From contig CAZQNA010000001.1 of the NCBI GenBank assembly GCA_964594835.1, positions 257,089 to 296,733 of the forward strand: 39,645 nucleotides of DNA, read 5' to 3'. The notes beneath the pieces are model-generated. The model was not told where the DNA came from. It ran no database searches and saw only the letters and a program-made list of their open reading frames with translations. Position numbers and translations under genes: made by a program. Origin of the DNA: an uncultured Nitrososphaerota archaeon (GTDB lineage Archaea; Korarchaeota; Korarchaeia; Korarchaeales; Korarchaeaceae). Shown in pieces: positions 23,303 to 32,711 of the stretch (positions within the stretch are counted from its first letter, which is position 1; each line of letters starts with the position of its first letter).

Positions 23303-25240
23303 CTACTCAGCCAGCCTCCCCAGCCTAGCCAGCTCCTCCGCCACGTCGGTCAGACCCAGCTGCTCCAGCTTCCCGCGCCTTGGCCACCCAGTCTCCCAGT
23401 CTAGCCCCCTGTACTCGTAGTACTCCCTGAGCATCACGTCGAGTTCGACGACCTGACCCTTCCCCGGTCCCTCGGGCATGGGCTCCTCCGTGAACCTGGG
23501 GTTGAGCGTGTCCGCTCCTCTCCCAATTCCCTCCCTGGCGTTGAAGGCCCTCCTGAGCATGTAGATCCTCTCTCCGGCCAGGGCGAGCCTCCTCTCGCTT
23601 CCAAGCTCCTCTATACCCGTCAGGGCCTTCAGCCATGGGGCGAAGTCGTCGTAGTAGTAGATCATCGGCCACATGGCCCCGTACTTGCAGGTGATCATGG
23701 AGTCGACGATGGAGTAGAAGTTCTCGGTCAGCCAAGTGAGGTAGCCCTTGCCAGTCGGGTCCAGCCTGTCGTCTATCACCATCTTCTTGGCCTCCTCCTC
23801 GCCGAACCTCTCGTAGGCGTACTTCACGGCCCAGGGCAGCTCGTCGTAGGTGCAGAGGCCCCTCAGGTGATCCGCGCCCCTCACGTTGACGGCGTGGGCC
23901 AGGCCTATGGACTTGTGGCTCCTGCCGTCCTGCGCGGAGGCTTCCAGCCCCTTCACGTGTATCACGTACCTCTCGGTTCCCTTCCCTATCCTCCTGGCAG
24001 CCCTGAGCGCGCCCTCGGCCAGCAGGTCTCCTATCCCCTCCCTCCTGGCCATCTTGTGCAGGAGGTCGATGACCGTGTCCACGTCTCCCCACCTGGGCCT
24101 GAGCCCGCCGATGTCCTCCTCCGTCACGAGCCCCCTCTCGTAGATCTCCATGAGCCAAGAGATGATCTTCCCGGCCGTTATCACGTCCATGCCGTACTCG
24201 TTGCAGAGGTTGTTCGCGTGGAGGATCGCCCCGAGGTCGCTGATCATGACGTTGGTCCCCAGGGACACCAGAGCCTCGTACTCCGGCCCGCCCGTGAGGG
24301 TGCACGCGAACCTGCCGGAGTCAACGTGGTGGACGTACTTGCACTGCAGGAAGCAGGAGAAGCACGACTTGTGGCTTATCCTGACGGCCTTCAGCGCCTC
24401 GCCGTTTATCTTCTCCGCCTCCGGGAAGACCCCGGTCCAGTGGTTCTTGGTGGGGAGCCTCCCGATGCTGTACATGACGTCGATTAGGTAGGGGGTGCCG
24501 TAGCCCCGGATGGTGTCGTTGGCTATCTCCCTCCACTCCCCGCTCGTTGCCTTGGCGTATATGCGCTGGATGACCTCGTAGAACTCCTCGAAGTTGGCCA
24601 CTCCGATGCTCCTGCTCCCCCTAACCGCCACGGCCTTCAGGTTCTTGGAGCCCATCACGGCCCCCATGCCCGTCCTGCCGGCCGCGTCGTAGAAGTCCAC
24701 CATGACGTTGGCGAACCTCACCAGCCTCTCTCCGGCGGGGCCGATCACTGCGGACTGGACGCTGTCGTCCCCCACGTCCTCCCAGATCAGCTTGAAGGTC
24801 TCCCTGGTCGTCTTTCCCCACAGGTGGCTTGCGTCTCGGATCTCCACGTGGCCGTCGTCTATCCAGAGGTACACCGGCTTCTCCGCCCTGCCGGTGATGG
24901 CTATGAAGTCGTAGCCCGCGTACTTGATCTCCGGGGCCAGCTGGCCGCCGACGTGGGACTCCCCCCATATGCCCGTGAGGGGCGCCTTGGACGCGATGAC
25001 CAGCCTGCCGGTGGCGTGCCCGAGCGTGCCGGTCACGGGTCCCGTGCCGAAGAATATCACGTTCTCCGGGCTGAGCGGGTCCAGCCCCGGGGGGAGGTGG
25101 TCCCAGAGGTACCTCGCGGCGAACCCGGTGCCCCCCACGTAGTCCCTCATCCACGCCCTCAGGGTCTCCCTCACCCTGTGCTTCCCCGAGGTGAGGTCGA
25201 CCTCCAGGTACCTGCCCGCGTAACCCCCGACCTCCGCCAC
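23303..25240 (-). CDS. aor: Tungsten-dependent aldehyde:ferredoxin oxidoreductase family catalytic subunit
   Basis: YLEVDLT, KAPLTG, IGPAGE, AAGRTGMGAVMGSKNLKA, CFSCFLQC, GPEYE, GMDVI, RGADH, DSMITC. Confidence 0.95.
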   Translation of the reverse strand: MAEVGGYAGRYLEVDLTSGKHRVRETLRAWMRDYVGGTGFAARYLWDHLPPGLDPLSPENVIFFGTGPVTGTLGHATGRLVIASKAPLTGIWGESHVGGQLAPEIKYAGYDFIAITGRAEKPVYLWIDDGHVEIRDASHLWGKTTRETFKLIWEDVGDDSVQSAVIGPAGERLVRFANVMVDFYDAAGRTGMGAVMGSKNLKAVAVRGSRSIGVANFEEFYEVIQRIYAKATSGEWREIANDTIRGYGTPYLIDVMYSIGRLPTKNHWTGVFPEAEKINGEALKAVRISHKSCFSCFLQCKYVHHVDSGRFACTLTGGPEYEALVSLGTNVMISDLGAILHANNLCNEYGMDVITAGKIISWLMEIYERGLVTEEDIGGLRPRWGDVDTVIDLLHKMARREGIGDLLAEGALRAARRIGKGTERYVIHVKGLEASAQDGRSHKSIGLAHAVNVRGADHLRGLCTYDELPWAVKYAYERFGEEEAKKMVIDDRLDPTGKGYLTWLTENFYSIVDSMITCKYGAMWPMIYYYDDFAPWLKALTGIEELGSERRLALAGERIYMLRRAFNAREGIGRGADTLNPRFTEEPMPEGPGKGQVVELDVMLREYYEYRGLDWETGWPRRGKLEQLGLTDVAEELARLGRLAE

Positions 25241-25241
25241 C

Positions 25242-25757
25242 TCAGACCACCCTTGGAAGCGCGAGCTCCAGGAGCTTCGGAATCCTCTCGAGGCTCTTTC
25301 TGCGCCTCATGAGGTTGGCCACCGTGACCGGGACGTAGTGCAGGACCTCCTCCGGGCAGAACTTCACGCACTGCGGGTCTCCGCCGCAGAGGTCGCACTT
25401 TATGACCCGATTCGAGATCGGGTCGACCACGATTCCGCCGAAGGGGCAGACCGAGACGCAGGTCTTGCACCCTATGCACAGGTCGTAGTCGAGCGTGACG
25501 AGCCCCGAGTCCCTGTCCTTTTGAAGGGCTCCGGTGGGGCATGAGGCGACGCAGGGGGCGTCCTCACACTGCACGCAGAACACCGGCACGTTGACCCCCC
25601 TCTCAGGATCCCTCAGGACGGCTATCCTGGACCTCCGGGGGTTGAACTCCCTCTCGTGCCAGAGGACGCAGGCCAGCTCGCAGGTCCTGCACCCCGTGCA
25701 CCTCTCGAAGTCTGCCACCAGCATCATCCTGGGGGCCGCCAATTCGGATCGCCCCAT
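25242..25757 (-). CDS. 4x[4Fe-4S] electron-transfer subunit (DmsB/HydN-like) of AOR
   Basis: CTGCRTCELAC, CVQCEDAPCVASCP, CIGCKTCVSVCP, KCDLC..CVKFCP; 1 nt from aor. Start either ATG 25757 or TTG 25742. Confidence 0.92.
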   Translation of the reverse strand: MGRSELAAPRMMLVADFERCTGCRTCELACVLWHEREFNPRRSRIAVLRDPERGVNVPVFCVQCEDAPCVASCPTGALQKDRDSGLVTLDYDLCIGCKTCVSVCPFGGIVVDPISNRVIKCDLCGGDPQCVKFCPEEVLHYVPVTVANLMRRRKSLERIPKLLELALPRVV

Positions 25758-25928
25758 GCAGTCCGTGGGAGAACGTAAAAACCGTTGGCTCAGCAACCCT
25801 AACCCTCCGGAGGAGTGGATCGTTCTCCCAACCCGAGCCGTCTTGTCCTGGGGGCCTGTCAGGGCGGTGGGATCGATTGTCGAACCGTCAGGGGGTGAAA
25901 ACTCTTATTTGGACCCTCTATATCGCGC

Positions 25929-26246
25929 GTGAAGGGTGGTCCGGTGTCCGCGGGCGCGGGAGCCAGGGTGAGAGTCAAGTTCAGGTTCTACCTGACCGCC
26001 AGGGAGGTCATAGGCTCAAGGGAGCTGGAGATCGAGGTCCCGGGTGGTACCCTGGCGGACGCCATCCGAGAGCTCAGGGGCAGGCTCGGGTCCAAGGCAT
26101 CCATCCTCTTCGACGGCGACGGCAATCTGAAGGGCCACTACTCCATCCTCATCGAGGGCAGCCTGATCAGGCCTCACCAGTGGGCCGAGGTCAGGCTCGA
26201 GAGGGGGACGGTCATAGACGTGATACCCCCGGTAGGCGGGGGCTGA
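25929..26246 (+). CDS. moaD: MoaD/ThiS/SAMP ubiquitin-like sulfur carrier
   Basis: Beta-grasp pattern VKFRFYLTAREVIG, C-terminal IPPVGGG; true start may be slightly downstream. Confidence 0.88.
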   Translation: MKGGPVSAGAGARVRVKFRFYLTAREVIGSRELEIEVPGGTLADAIRELRGRLGSKASILFDGDGNLKGHYSILIEGSLIRPHQWAEVRLERGTVIDVIPPVGGG

Positions 26247-26282
26247 CTCGCCGCCGGTCTCGCTGACAGGGGGCCGAGAGAG

Positions 26283-27572
26283 TTGAGGAGGGAGTCCGTA
26301 GACATCTTGGTTGTGGGTGGGGGCCCTGCTGGGATAGCCTCGGCGATCTCCGCCAGTGAGAGGGCTCCCGACAGGAGGGTCGCCCTGGTCTCCTCGGAGC
26401 CCGGTCACTACATGAGGCCCGCGGTCACCGCCGTCATAGAGGAGCCGGGCCTGGGGGACGATCGCCTCTCGTCCCTGGATCCGGTCAAGCTGCTAGAACT
26501 CGGCGTGGAGCCCTTCACGAGGGCCAGGGTGCTGTGGGCGGACCCGGACTCCGGACAGGCCGTGGCGAGGGGCCCGTGGGGCGAGGTCTCCTTCGAGTTC
26601 TCCTCCCTCGTCTTGGCGACTGGGGGGCGACCGCTCATCCCACCCATGGAGGGGACCGATCTCGATGGGGTCGCGGCGGTCAGGACCCTGACAGACGCCA
26701 GGAGGCTGGCATCCCGCCTGTCCAGCGGATCCAGGCTTGTGGTCATAGGCGCCGGCCTGGCGGGCGTGAAGCTGGCCCTGGCCGCGCACTCCCGCGGGGC
26801 GAGGGTCACGCTCGTTGAGATGAAGAGCGTACTATGGACCGTGCTCGACCCTCCCCTCTCTGAGGCGGCCGGGAGGATAGTCAGAGGGGCCGGGGTGAGC
26901 GTGCTCGAGGGCCGCACCGTCGAGAGGATAGTGGGGGTCGACGGGAGGGTCTCCGCCGTCGAGGCCGACGGCCACAGGATCGACGCCGACTTGGCGGTGT
27001 TCGCCACCGGGGTCAGGCCGGACTCCAGGCTGGCCAGGGAGATGGGGCTCGAGCTCGGGATCAGGGGCGCCGTGAGGACCGACGAGGGGATGTCAACCTC
27101 GGCCGAGGGTGTGTGGGCCGCCGGGGACTGCGCCGAGTCGATAGACCTCGTCACGGGGAAGAGGACATACAGGCCGATAGGGAGCCTGGCCTACCTGGGA
27201 GGGAGGATTGCGGGAATCAACGCGGTGGGGGGCAGGGCCAGGTACTCGGGCTTCATAAGGAGGCAGGCGGAGGACGTCAGGGGGATTCACCTCGTCTCCC
27301 TCGGGCTCACAGGGGCCGAGGCATCCGCCCTGGGGGTCCCACACGAGGTGGTCGAGCTCAGGAACTCCAGGGGCCCACCGGCCCTACCCTGGTGGCTGGA
27401 GAGGTCCGCGGGCCGGGCTCTCGCCCTGGTGGAGAGGGGAACGGACAGGCTGATCGGCTTCCAGGCCCTCGGATCACCCCTCTCCAGGAGAAAGTCCCAC
27501 TCCATAGTCCGGCTGATAGCCTCCAGGGCCGAGGTCTCCGAGCTGGAGAGGCTGGGCTACTCGCCCCGCTGA
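26283..27572 (+). CDS. FAD/NAD(P)-dependent pyridine nucleotide oxidoreductase (NADH oxidase/rubredoxin reductase-like)
   Basis: VVGGGPAG, LATGG, VIGAGLAG, ATGVRP, TSAEGVWAAGDC; no sulfenic-acid Cys in the N-terminal HYMRPA segment. Confidence 0.9.
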   Translation: MRRESVDILVVGGGPAGIASAISASERAPDRRVALVSSEPGHYMRPAVTAVIEEPGLGDDRLSSLDPVKLLELGVEPFTRARVLWADPDSGQAVARGPWGEVSFEFSSLVLATGGRPLIPPMEGTDLDGVAAVRTLTDARRLASRLSSGSRLVVIGAGLAGVKLALAAHSRGARVTLVEMKSVLWTVLDPPLSEAAGRIVRGAGVSVLEGRTVERIVGVDGRVSAVEADGHRIDADLAVFATGVRPDSRLAREMGLELGIRGAVRTDEGMSTSAEGVWAAGDCAESIDLVTGKRTYRPIGSLAYLGGRIAGINAVGGRARYSGFIRRQAEDVRGIHLVSLGLTGAEASALGVPHEVVELRNSRGPPALPWWLERSAGRALALVERGTDRLIGFQALGSPLSRRKSHSIVRLIASRAEVSELERLGYSPR

Positions 27573-28168
27573 TGGCTCCGGAATCGGTCGGACGAAGGGC
27601 ACGGGTTGTCCCATCCGTTCAGCCAGCACAGCCGACTGAGCGGGAGTCTGGGCTCCTTGGGCTTGTCGTCCGCCGGCAGCCCCACGGGTATCACCACCTC
27701 CAGCCTCAGGCCCGGTGGCGCCCCAACCGCAGACGCCACCCCGGCCGGGTCGGACGGGGTGTAGGTGAGCGTGCCCAGCCCATCCTCCTCGGCCGCCAGG
27801 AGGGCATAACCCACGGCTATCCACGTGGACTGGACGGAGTAGGGAGATCTCGCGTCGGAGAACACCAGGACGAGGAAGGGAGCCTCCTCCAGGAAGGGCT
27901 TCTCTGGAGAGATCCCCCTGCTGATCAGCCACCTCCTGAGCTCCCCAGAGACCCTCTGGTAGAACCTCCTCTCACCCGCCTCGGCCGCCTCCCTGATCTT
28001 GGCCTTGAGGTCGGGGTCAGACACGATAAGGAACCTCCAGGGCTGGGAGTTGGCCCCCGACGGCGCCTGCCTCGCCGCCTCCAGCATCCTGAGGACCTGG
28101 GATAGGGTCACGCCGGGCCTGAACCTCCTCACAGACCTCCTCTTCCTGGCCAGCCCCAGCACGCTCAT
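27557..28168 (-). CDS. Nitroreductase family flavoprotein
   Basis: ATG 28168: RKRRSVRRF, AARQAPSGANSQPWRF, AEEDGLGTLTYTP. Confidence 0.9.
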   Translation of the reverse strand: MSVLGLARKRRSVRRFRPGVTLSQVLRMLEAARQAPSGANSQPWRFLIVSDPDLKAKIREAAEAGERRFYQRVSGELRRWLISRGISPEKPFLEEAPFLVLVFSDARSPYSVQSTWIAVGYALLAAEEDGLGTLTYTPSDPAGVASAVGAPPGLRLEVVIPVGLPADDKPKEPRLPLSRLCWLNGWDNPCPSSDRFRSHQRGE

Positions 28169-28209
28169 GGGCCGACCGCGACGAGGAGAGTGGAAAAAGG
28201 GTTGTGGGT

Positions 28210-28947
28210 TCAGGGGCCGAGGGCCACCAGGGTCAGCTCTCCCCCCGACGAGTACTCGGCCTTCACGACCCCCAGGGGCGGGGCGTCTGGGCTCCACCAG
28301 ACCGTGGCCCCACCGTGGACGATCTTGTAGCACGTGAAGGTCCCCGCGGGAACCGTTATGGTCTCGGTGCCGACGACCGGGCTCCCCTCCGGAGGGACGT
28401 ACTCGTACTGCTGAGCCTGCTGAGGGCTGGCCGTCTGGCAGCCTATCCCGGGTAGGCAGACCTGGACCTCCACTGTCTCACCGGTCTCAACGTTTATCCA
28501 GGCGGTGACCGTGGTCTTGGTCGTCTGCTGGCCCTGACCCGTCGGGACCTCGATCTCGTAGGTCACCTTGATGCACTCCACCCCCTTCCTCGTCTCCCTC
28601 CCGTGGACAGTGACCGTCATGTACGACTTGGGCCCCTGGGGCATTGTCATCTCGTACTTGGCCCAGGTCCCCGGCTGCAGGCTGGCCCAGAGCGAGGCGT
28701 AGTCGAGCTGCGCCTGGGTCGGCGGGGACGTCGTCTCGGGCGGGCCGGTCGTGGTCGGCTTTGGACTCTTTGACGGCTTGGGCCTCCTGGTCGGCTGCGG
28801 AGGGGCCGTGGTCGGGACCTCAGTGGTCGGGGGAGCCGTGGTCGGAGCGGGAGCCCCTCCCCCGGGTCTCACGTAGAGGAGGTAGAAGCCGGCGGCCCCG
28901 AGCAAGAGGGCCCCGATGAGGATGAGGGCAACCCCCTTGTCGCTCAT
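28210..28947 (-). CDS. Membrane-anchored surface protein with Pro/Thr stalk
   Basis: N-terminal TM helix, PTTAPPTTEVPTTAPP linker, beta-rich domain with ETITVPAGTFTCYKI. Confidence 0.8.
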   Translation of the reverse strand: MSDKGVALILIGALLLGAAGFYLLYVRPGGGAPAPTTAPPTTEVPTTAPPQPTRRPKPSKSPKPTTTGPPETTSPPTQAQLDYASLWASLQPGTWAKYEMTMPQGPKSYMTVTVHGRETRKGVECIKVTYEIEVPTGQGQQTTKTTVTAWINVETGETVEVQVCLPGIGCQTASPQQAQQYEYVPPEGSPVVGTETITVPAGTFTCYKIVHGGATVWWSPDAPPLGVVKAEYSSGGELTLVALGP

Positions 28948-29075
28948 ACACCCCACCTCACCTGACCCTCACTCTGTGGGCCCCGCGCGGCGCGCTCTAT
29001 TTGGCGTTAGGAATGGATGGTTTAGATCTTTGTTCTATCCGCCGCGCCCGGCCCCGGGGGTGCCCCCGGGAGGGC

Positions 29076-30884
29076 TCACCTCTCACCCGGGAGCTGGCGT
29101 CCGAGGAGTTCTCGCAGCCCCAGCGCCTCCAAGACCTCGTCGGTGGGCCTCCCCTCCTCGTCCCAACCCCTGAGCCTGTAGAACAAACGCCTGGAGGCAA
29201 GGAAATCCTCCTCGCTCACGAAGGCCCTCATCCCCCTGGAGGGACCTCTCGGAACGGGCTCCCACAGCCTCGGGGGTAGGACGTCCTCCTCCAGGGGACT
29301 CAGCCCCTCCCTCAGGTTGAACAGCCTCGCCAGGGTCTCTATCCTCCACCCCACCCTGAGGACCTCCTCGGGCGTGAAATCCACCCCCGTCGCCGCCCTG
29401 AGCATCCTGGCGTAGTCCCGCTCGTCCAAGTCCAGGAACGAGCACACGATCAGGCTGTCGGCCGCCGCCTTCCTGTCCCTGTTCCTCACCATGGACTCAA
29501 CCACGTCGACGGCGCTCCTGTCCGGCTTCTCCCTAGTGTCGGGCCACCCCCTCAGGTGGGAGGCGCCCACGTCGGCCGTCGCGTAGCTCAGTCCGAGCCC
29601 CAGCCTCCCCCTGGGATCCCACGCCGGAACGTCCAGCCCCTTCACGTGAACTGCCAGCTCGGGCGCGCCTAGTTCCCCGGCGGCCCTGGCCGCGCCCTCT
29701 GCGAGCAGGTCGCCCAGCCCCCTCCTGTGGGCTATCGCGTCTGCCAGCCTCAGGAACCCCTCCGCGTCCCCGAACCTCAGGTCCCCGAACTCCTCGTCCC
29801 TGAGGAGGCCCCTCTCAGCGCACTCGGCCGCGAGCGCCATGGCGCTGCCCGCGCTTATCACGTCGAGCCCGAGCCTGTTGCACCTCTCGTACAGCCTCAT
29901 CATGTCCTCCGACCTCTCCAGCCCGAGGTTCGATCCGAGCATCGCCATACCCTCGTACTGGATCACCGAGCGGACGTCGCCGACCCTGTGATACTTCACG
30001 CAGGCCCTGGGGCAGGCGAAGCAGGCCAGGTCCCTGACCCTGTACCTCCTAAGCTCGGAAGGGTCGTACCTGTCCGCGTGCTCGAAGCTGGTCGTCTGAA
30101 AGTTCCTCGTGGGCAGCATGCCCAGCTCGTCGGCGGCCACCATGGCCCCGGTCGTCCCGTCGTTCTGGGCGCCCCTGCGACCCTCAGTCCTCCTCCAGAC
30201 TTCCCGGTAGATCTCGAGGGTCTCCTCTAGGTCGGCCGGGCGGGCCGACCCGGATCCCATCACGGCAATGGCCTTGAGCCTCTTGGAGCCCATGACGGCG
30301 CCGGTGCCGCCCCTGCCAGCGGCGTGAAGCCTCTCCGCGTGAATTACCGCGTACCTCACCAGGTTCTCGCCCGCCGGGCCCACCACCGCCACCGAGGGGC
30401 CGCCGTGGTGGGCCTCGAAGACGGCGTCGTGGGCCCGGTAGACGTCCATCCCCCAGAGTCTGCGGGCATCCCTGACCTCGGCGCCTCCGCCCCGAACGAG
30501 GAGGTAGACCGGCCTCTCCGCCCTCCCCTTTATGAGCACGGCGTCGAACCCTGCGTACTTCAGCTCGGCCCCCAGGAAGCCGGAGGCGTGGCTGTCGATG
30601 AAGTATCCGGTTAGGGGGGACTTCGTCACCACGGCGAACCTCCCGCAGCCCGGGAAGATCCCGGAGAGCGGGCCGGCCGCGATCACCAGCGGGTTCTCGG
30701 GCGAGAGCGGGTCGACCCCACGGGGCGCCTCGCGGTAGAGGAGGTAGGCCCCCAGCCCCTTCCCCCCGAGTAGGCTCGTGAGGACCTCCCTGGGCGTCTC
30801 CACCGACTCGAGGTCACCCGTGGAGAGGTCGACCCTGAGGTACCTGCCCGCCCAGCCCCTCAGAACGTCCTCACCCACGTCCAC
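29076..30884 (-). CDS. aor: Second aldehyde:ferredoxin oxidoreductase family protein
   Basis: LRVDLSTG, KSPLTG, VGPAGE, AAGRGGTGAVMGSKRLKA, CFACPRAC, GLDVIS, GASH, DSLIVC. Confidence 0.94.
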   Translation of the reverse strand: MDVGEDVLRGWAGRYLRVDLSTGDLESVETPREVLTSLLGGKGLGAYLLYREAPRGVDPLSPENPLVIAAGPLSGIFPGCGRFAVVTKSPLTGYFIDSHASGFLGAELKYAGFDAVLIKGRAERPVYLLVRGGGAEVRDARRLWGMDVYRAHDAVFEAHHGGPSVAVVGPAGENLVRYAVIHAERLHAAGRGGTGAVMGSKRLKAIAVMGSGSARPADLEETLEIYREVWRRTEGRRGAQNDGTTGAMVAADELGMLPTRNFQTTSFEHADRYDPSELRRYRVRDLACFACPRACVKYHRVGDVRSVIQYEGMAMLGSNLGLERSEDMMRLYERCNRLGLDVISAGSAMALAAECAERGLLRDEEFGDLRFGDAEGFLRLADAIAHRRGLGDLLAEGAARAAGELGAPELAVHVKGLDVPAWDPRGRLGLGLSYATADVGASHLRGWPDTREKPDRSAVDVVESMVRNRDRKAAADSLIVCSFLDLDERDYARMLRAATGVDFTPEEVLRVGWRIETLARLFNLREGLSPLEEDVLPPRLWEPVPRGPSRGMRAFVSEEDFLASRRLFYRLRGWDEEGRPTDEVLEALGLRELLGRQLPGER

Positions 30885-31839
30885 CCACCCCGGCGAGCCT
30901 CCTCATCTCAGCCAGCACCCTCAACCTCCTCTCCTTCCTCCTGGCAGCCTCCTCCCACCTTCGCCTGGCCCCCTCGTCCCTTGGGGTCAGGGGAGGTACG
31001 GGCATCGGTCTTCCCACCTCGTCGACGTGGACCAGCGTGAAGTAGGCCGTGGTGCAGTGTCTCGGCCCGGACTCCCCGGGCCTCTCGGTGACCACCTTGA
31101 CCTCGACCTCCATGCTGCTCCTCCCGGTGTAGTTCAGCCTGGCGGCCATGGTCATCACGTCCCCCACCCTTATGGGCCAGTAGAAAGCCATGTGATCGAG
31201 AGAGGCCGTCACGACCCTCCCTCTGGCGTGCAGGGCGGCCGCGGCAGCCGCGAACCCGTCCATCTCCAGCAGGAGGGAGCCCGCGTACATCATATCGCCG
31301 TAGACCGCCGAGTCCGGCCTGACGACCCTGACGGACCTCAGGTCGAACCCGCCGAAGTCCGTGTCGAGGGCTTCCTCCCGCCTGTCTGCGACCCTCGCCC
31401 TGACCTCCTGGAGCCACTCCCTGGCCGCCTCCCCGGCCCCCTCACGGGGGCGGGCTATCCCCGGTCTGGGGACAGGCCTGGGCCGCCCCTCGGAGTCCAC
31501 GGAGACGAAGGCCATCCTGGCGACGGTGGCCAGGGCCCTCTCACCGGTCTGCGCGTCCTCTATCCAGCAGTCCACGCGGACCGCCATTGACGACCTGGCC
31601 ACGAACTCCACCGCCGCCCTGTAGGATAGTATGGACCCCGGGGGGACGGGCCTGATGAAGAAGAGGTCGTCGAGGTAGCCCAGGACCGCCGGACCTCGAG
31701 CGACCCTCGTCGCGGCCACGGAGCCCGCGTCAACGAGCCAGTGCATCATCCAGCCGCCGTACAGGGTCCCCCTGGCGTTCACGTGTCTCGGGTGGACCGG
31801 CCTGATGAGCTCCACGTCTCCCGATCCGGGCAGGGCCAT
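30871..31839 (-). CDS. Tandem hotdog-fold acyl-CoA thioesterase (YciA/ACOT7-like)
   Basis: Two repeats: NARGTLYGG..RSSMAV..FVSVDSEGRP and MYAG..GRSSMEVEV..LVHVDEVGRP; overlaps the aor start by 14 nt. Confidence 0.88.
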   Translation of the reverse strand: MALPGSGDVELIRPVHPRHVNARGTLYGGWMMHWLVDAGSVAATRVARGPAVLGYLDDLFFIRPVPPGSILSYRAAVEFVARSSMAVRVDCWIEDAQTGERALATVARMAFVSVDSEGRPRPVPRPGIARPREGAGEAAREWLQEVRARVADRREEALDTDFGGFDLRSVRVVRPDSAVYGDMMYAGSLLLEMDGFAAAAAALHARGRVVTASLDHMAFYWPIRVGDVMTMAARLNYTGRSSMEVEVKVVTERPGESGPRHCTTAYFTLVHVDEVGRPMPVPPLTPRDEGARRRWEEAARRKERRLRVLAEMRRLAGVGGRG

Positions 31840-31884
31840 GCCGCCCGGCGGCTTCGGGGCTCCAATAAAACGCTGGATTGACGA

Positions 31885-32586
31885 TCACGGGCCAAGGGGA
31901 GACGTGAACGCTATGACCAGCTCTGGGACCACTACGGTCCAGCCACTTGAGGGGGCCACGAGTATGGCCGCCTCGGTCCTCTCACCCAGCGCCCTGAGGA
32001 GGGCCTCGGGCTCCTCCTCCTCACCCAGAGCTGTGAGCCTGACGTGCACCCCGTCAGGCCACGCGCCCGGGTCGAGCCTGCACCTCGCGAGGAGGACCCT
32101 CCCGCCGGGCGCCGCCCACTGGGCCACCTCTATCGCCCCTCCGAGGCCCTCCTCGACCCTCCACTCCCGCTCGACTCCGCCGAGGTCGGTCCCCAGCGGG
32201 AGGATGAAGGGCGACGGCGGGGGCCCGCCCAGGCAGGAGGGTATCTCCACGGACCTCTCAGGCTCGCCCACCACCTCCACGCGAATGGGCCCGTCTCCGA
32301 CGACGAGGATCGGGTGAGTCTCCAGGTACGATCCCCTCGCCGTCCTGCCCACGACGAGCCCGACCTCTCGCCCGCCGGACCTGACTCGAACCTCTAGGGG
32401 TGCGCCCTCCGGGTCCCGAATCGCCGGGGGGATGAAGTTCCAGGCCCGGACGAGGGCCGCGCACAGCCCCGCGCGGCAGCCCAGGATCACGGCCTCGATG
32501 GCCGAACTCCTCGTCCCGGCCCCGCACCAGGCGGAGTGAGCGGGGACGCGCCACTCGGCCCCCACGAGCTCTATAGCGTCCAGCAA
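31885..32586 (-). CDS. Hypothetical protein
   Basis: 233 aa ORF filling the gap, co-oriented with neighbours; no family recognised, start uncertain. Confidence 0.5.
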   Translation of the reverse strand: MLDAIELVGAEWRVPAHSAWCGAGTRSSAIEAVILGCRAGLCAALVRAWNFIPPAIRDPEGAPLEVRVRSGGREVGLVVGRTARGSYLETHPILVVGDGPIRVEVVGEPERSVEIPSCLGGPPPSPFILPLGTDLGGVEREWRVEEGLGGAIEVAQWAAPGGRVLLARCRLDPGAWPDGVHVRLTALGEEEEPEALLRALGERTEAAILVAPSSGWTVVVPELVIAFTSPLGP

Positions 32587-32711
32587 GGGGCACCCCGCCC
32601 GGCCCCAACTCGACTCCCTTTAACTGGTTCGGCTGTCCCCCGGCCTCCTCCGACTTTGGACCGTGGAACATCGGTTTACGGGTGGAAACCCGAGCAGGCC
32701 TGTCTGGCGGT

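Noticed and set aside
25760-25928. Moco/Wco riboswitch between the Fe-S gene and moaD
   Set aside because: The context is suggestive but I could not identify the conserved motif; an Rfam scan would be needed.
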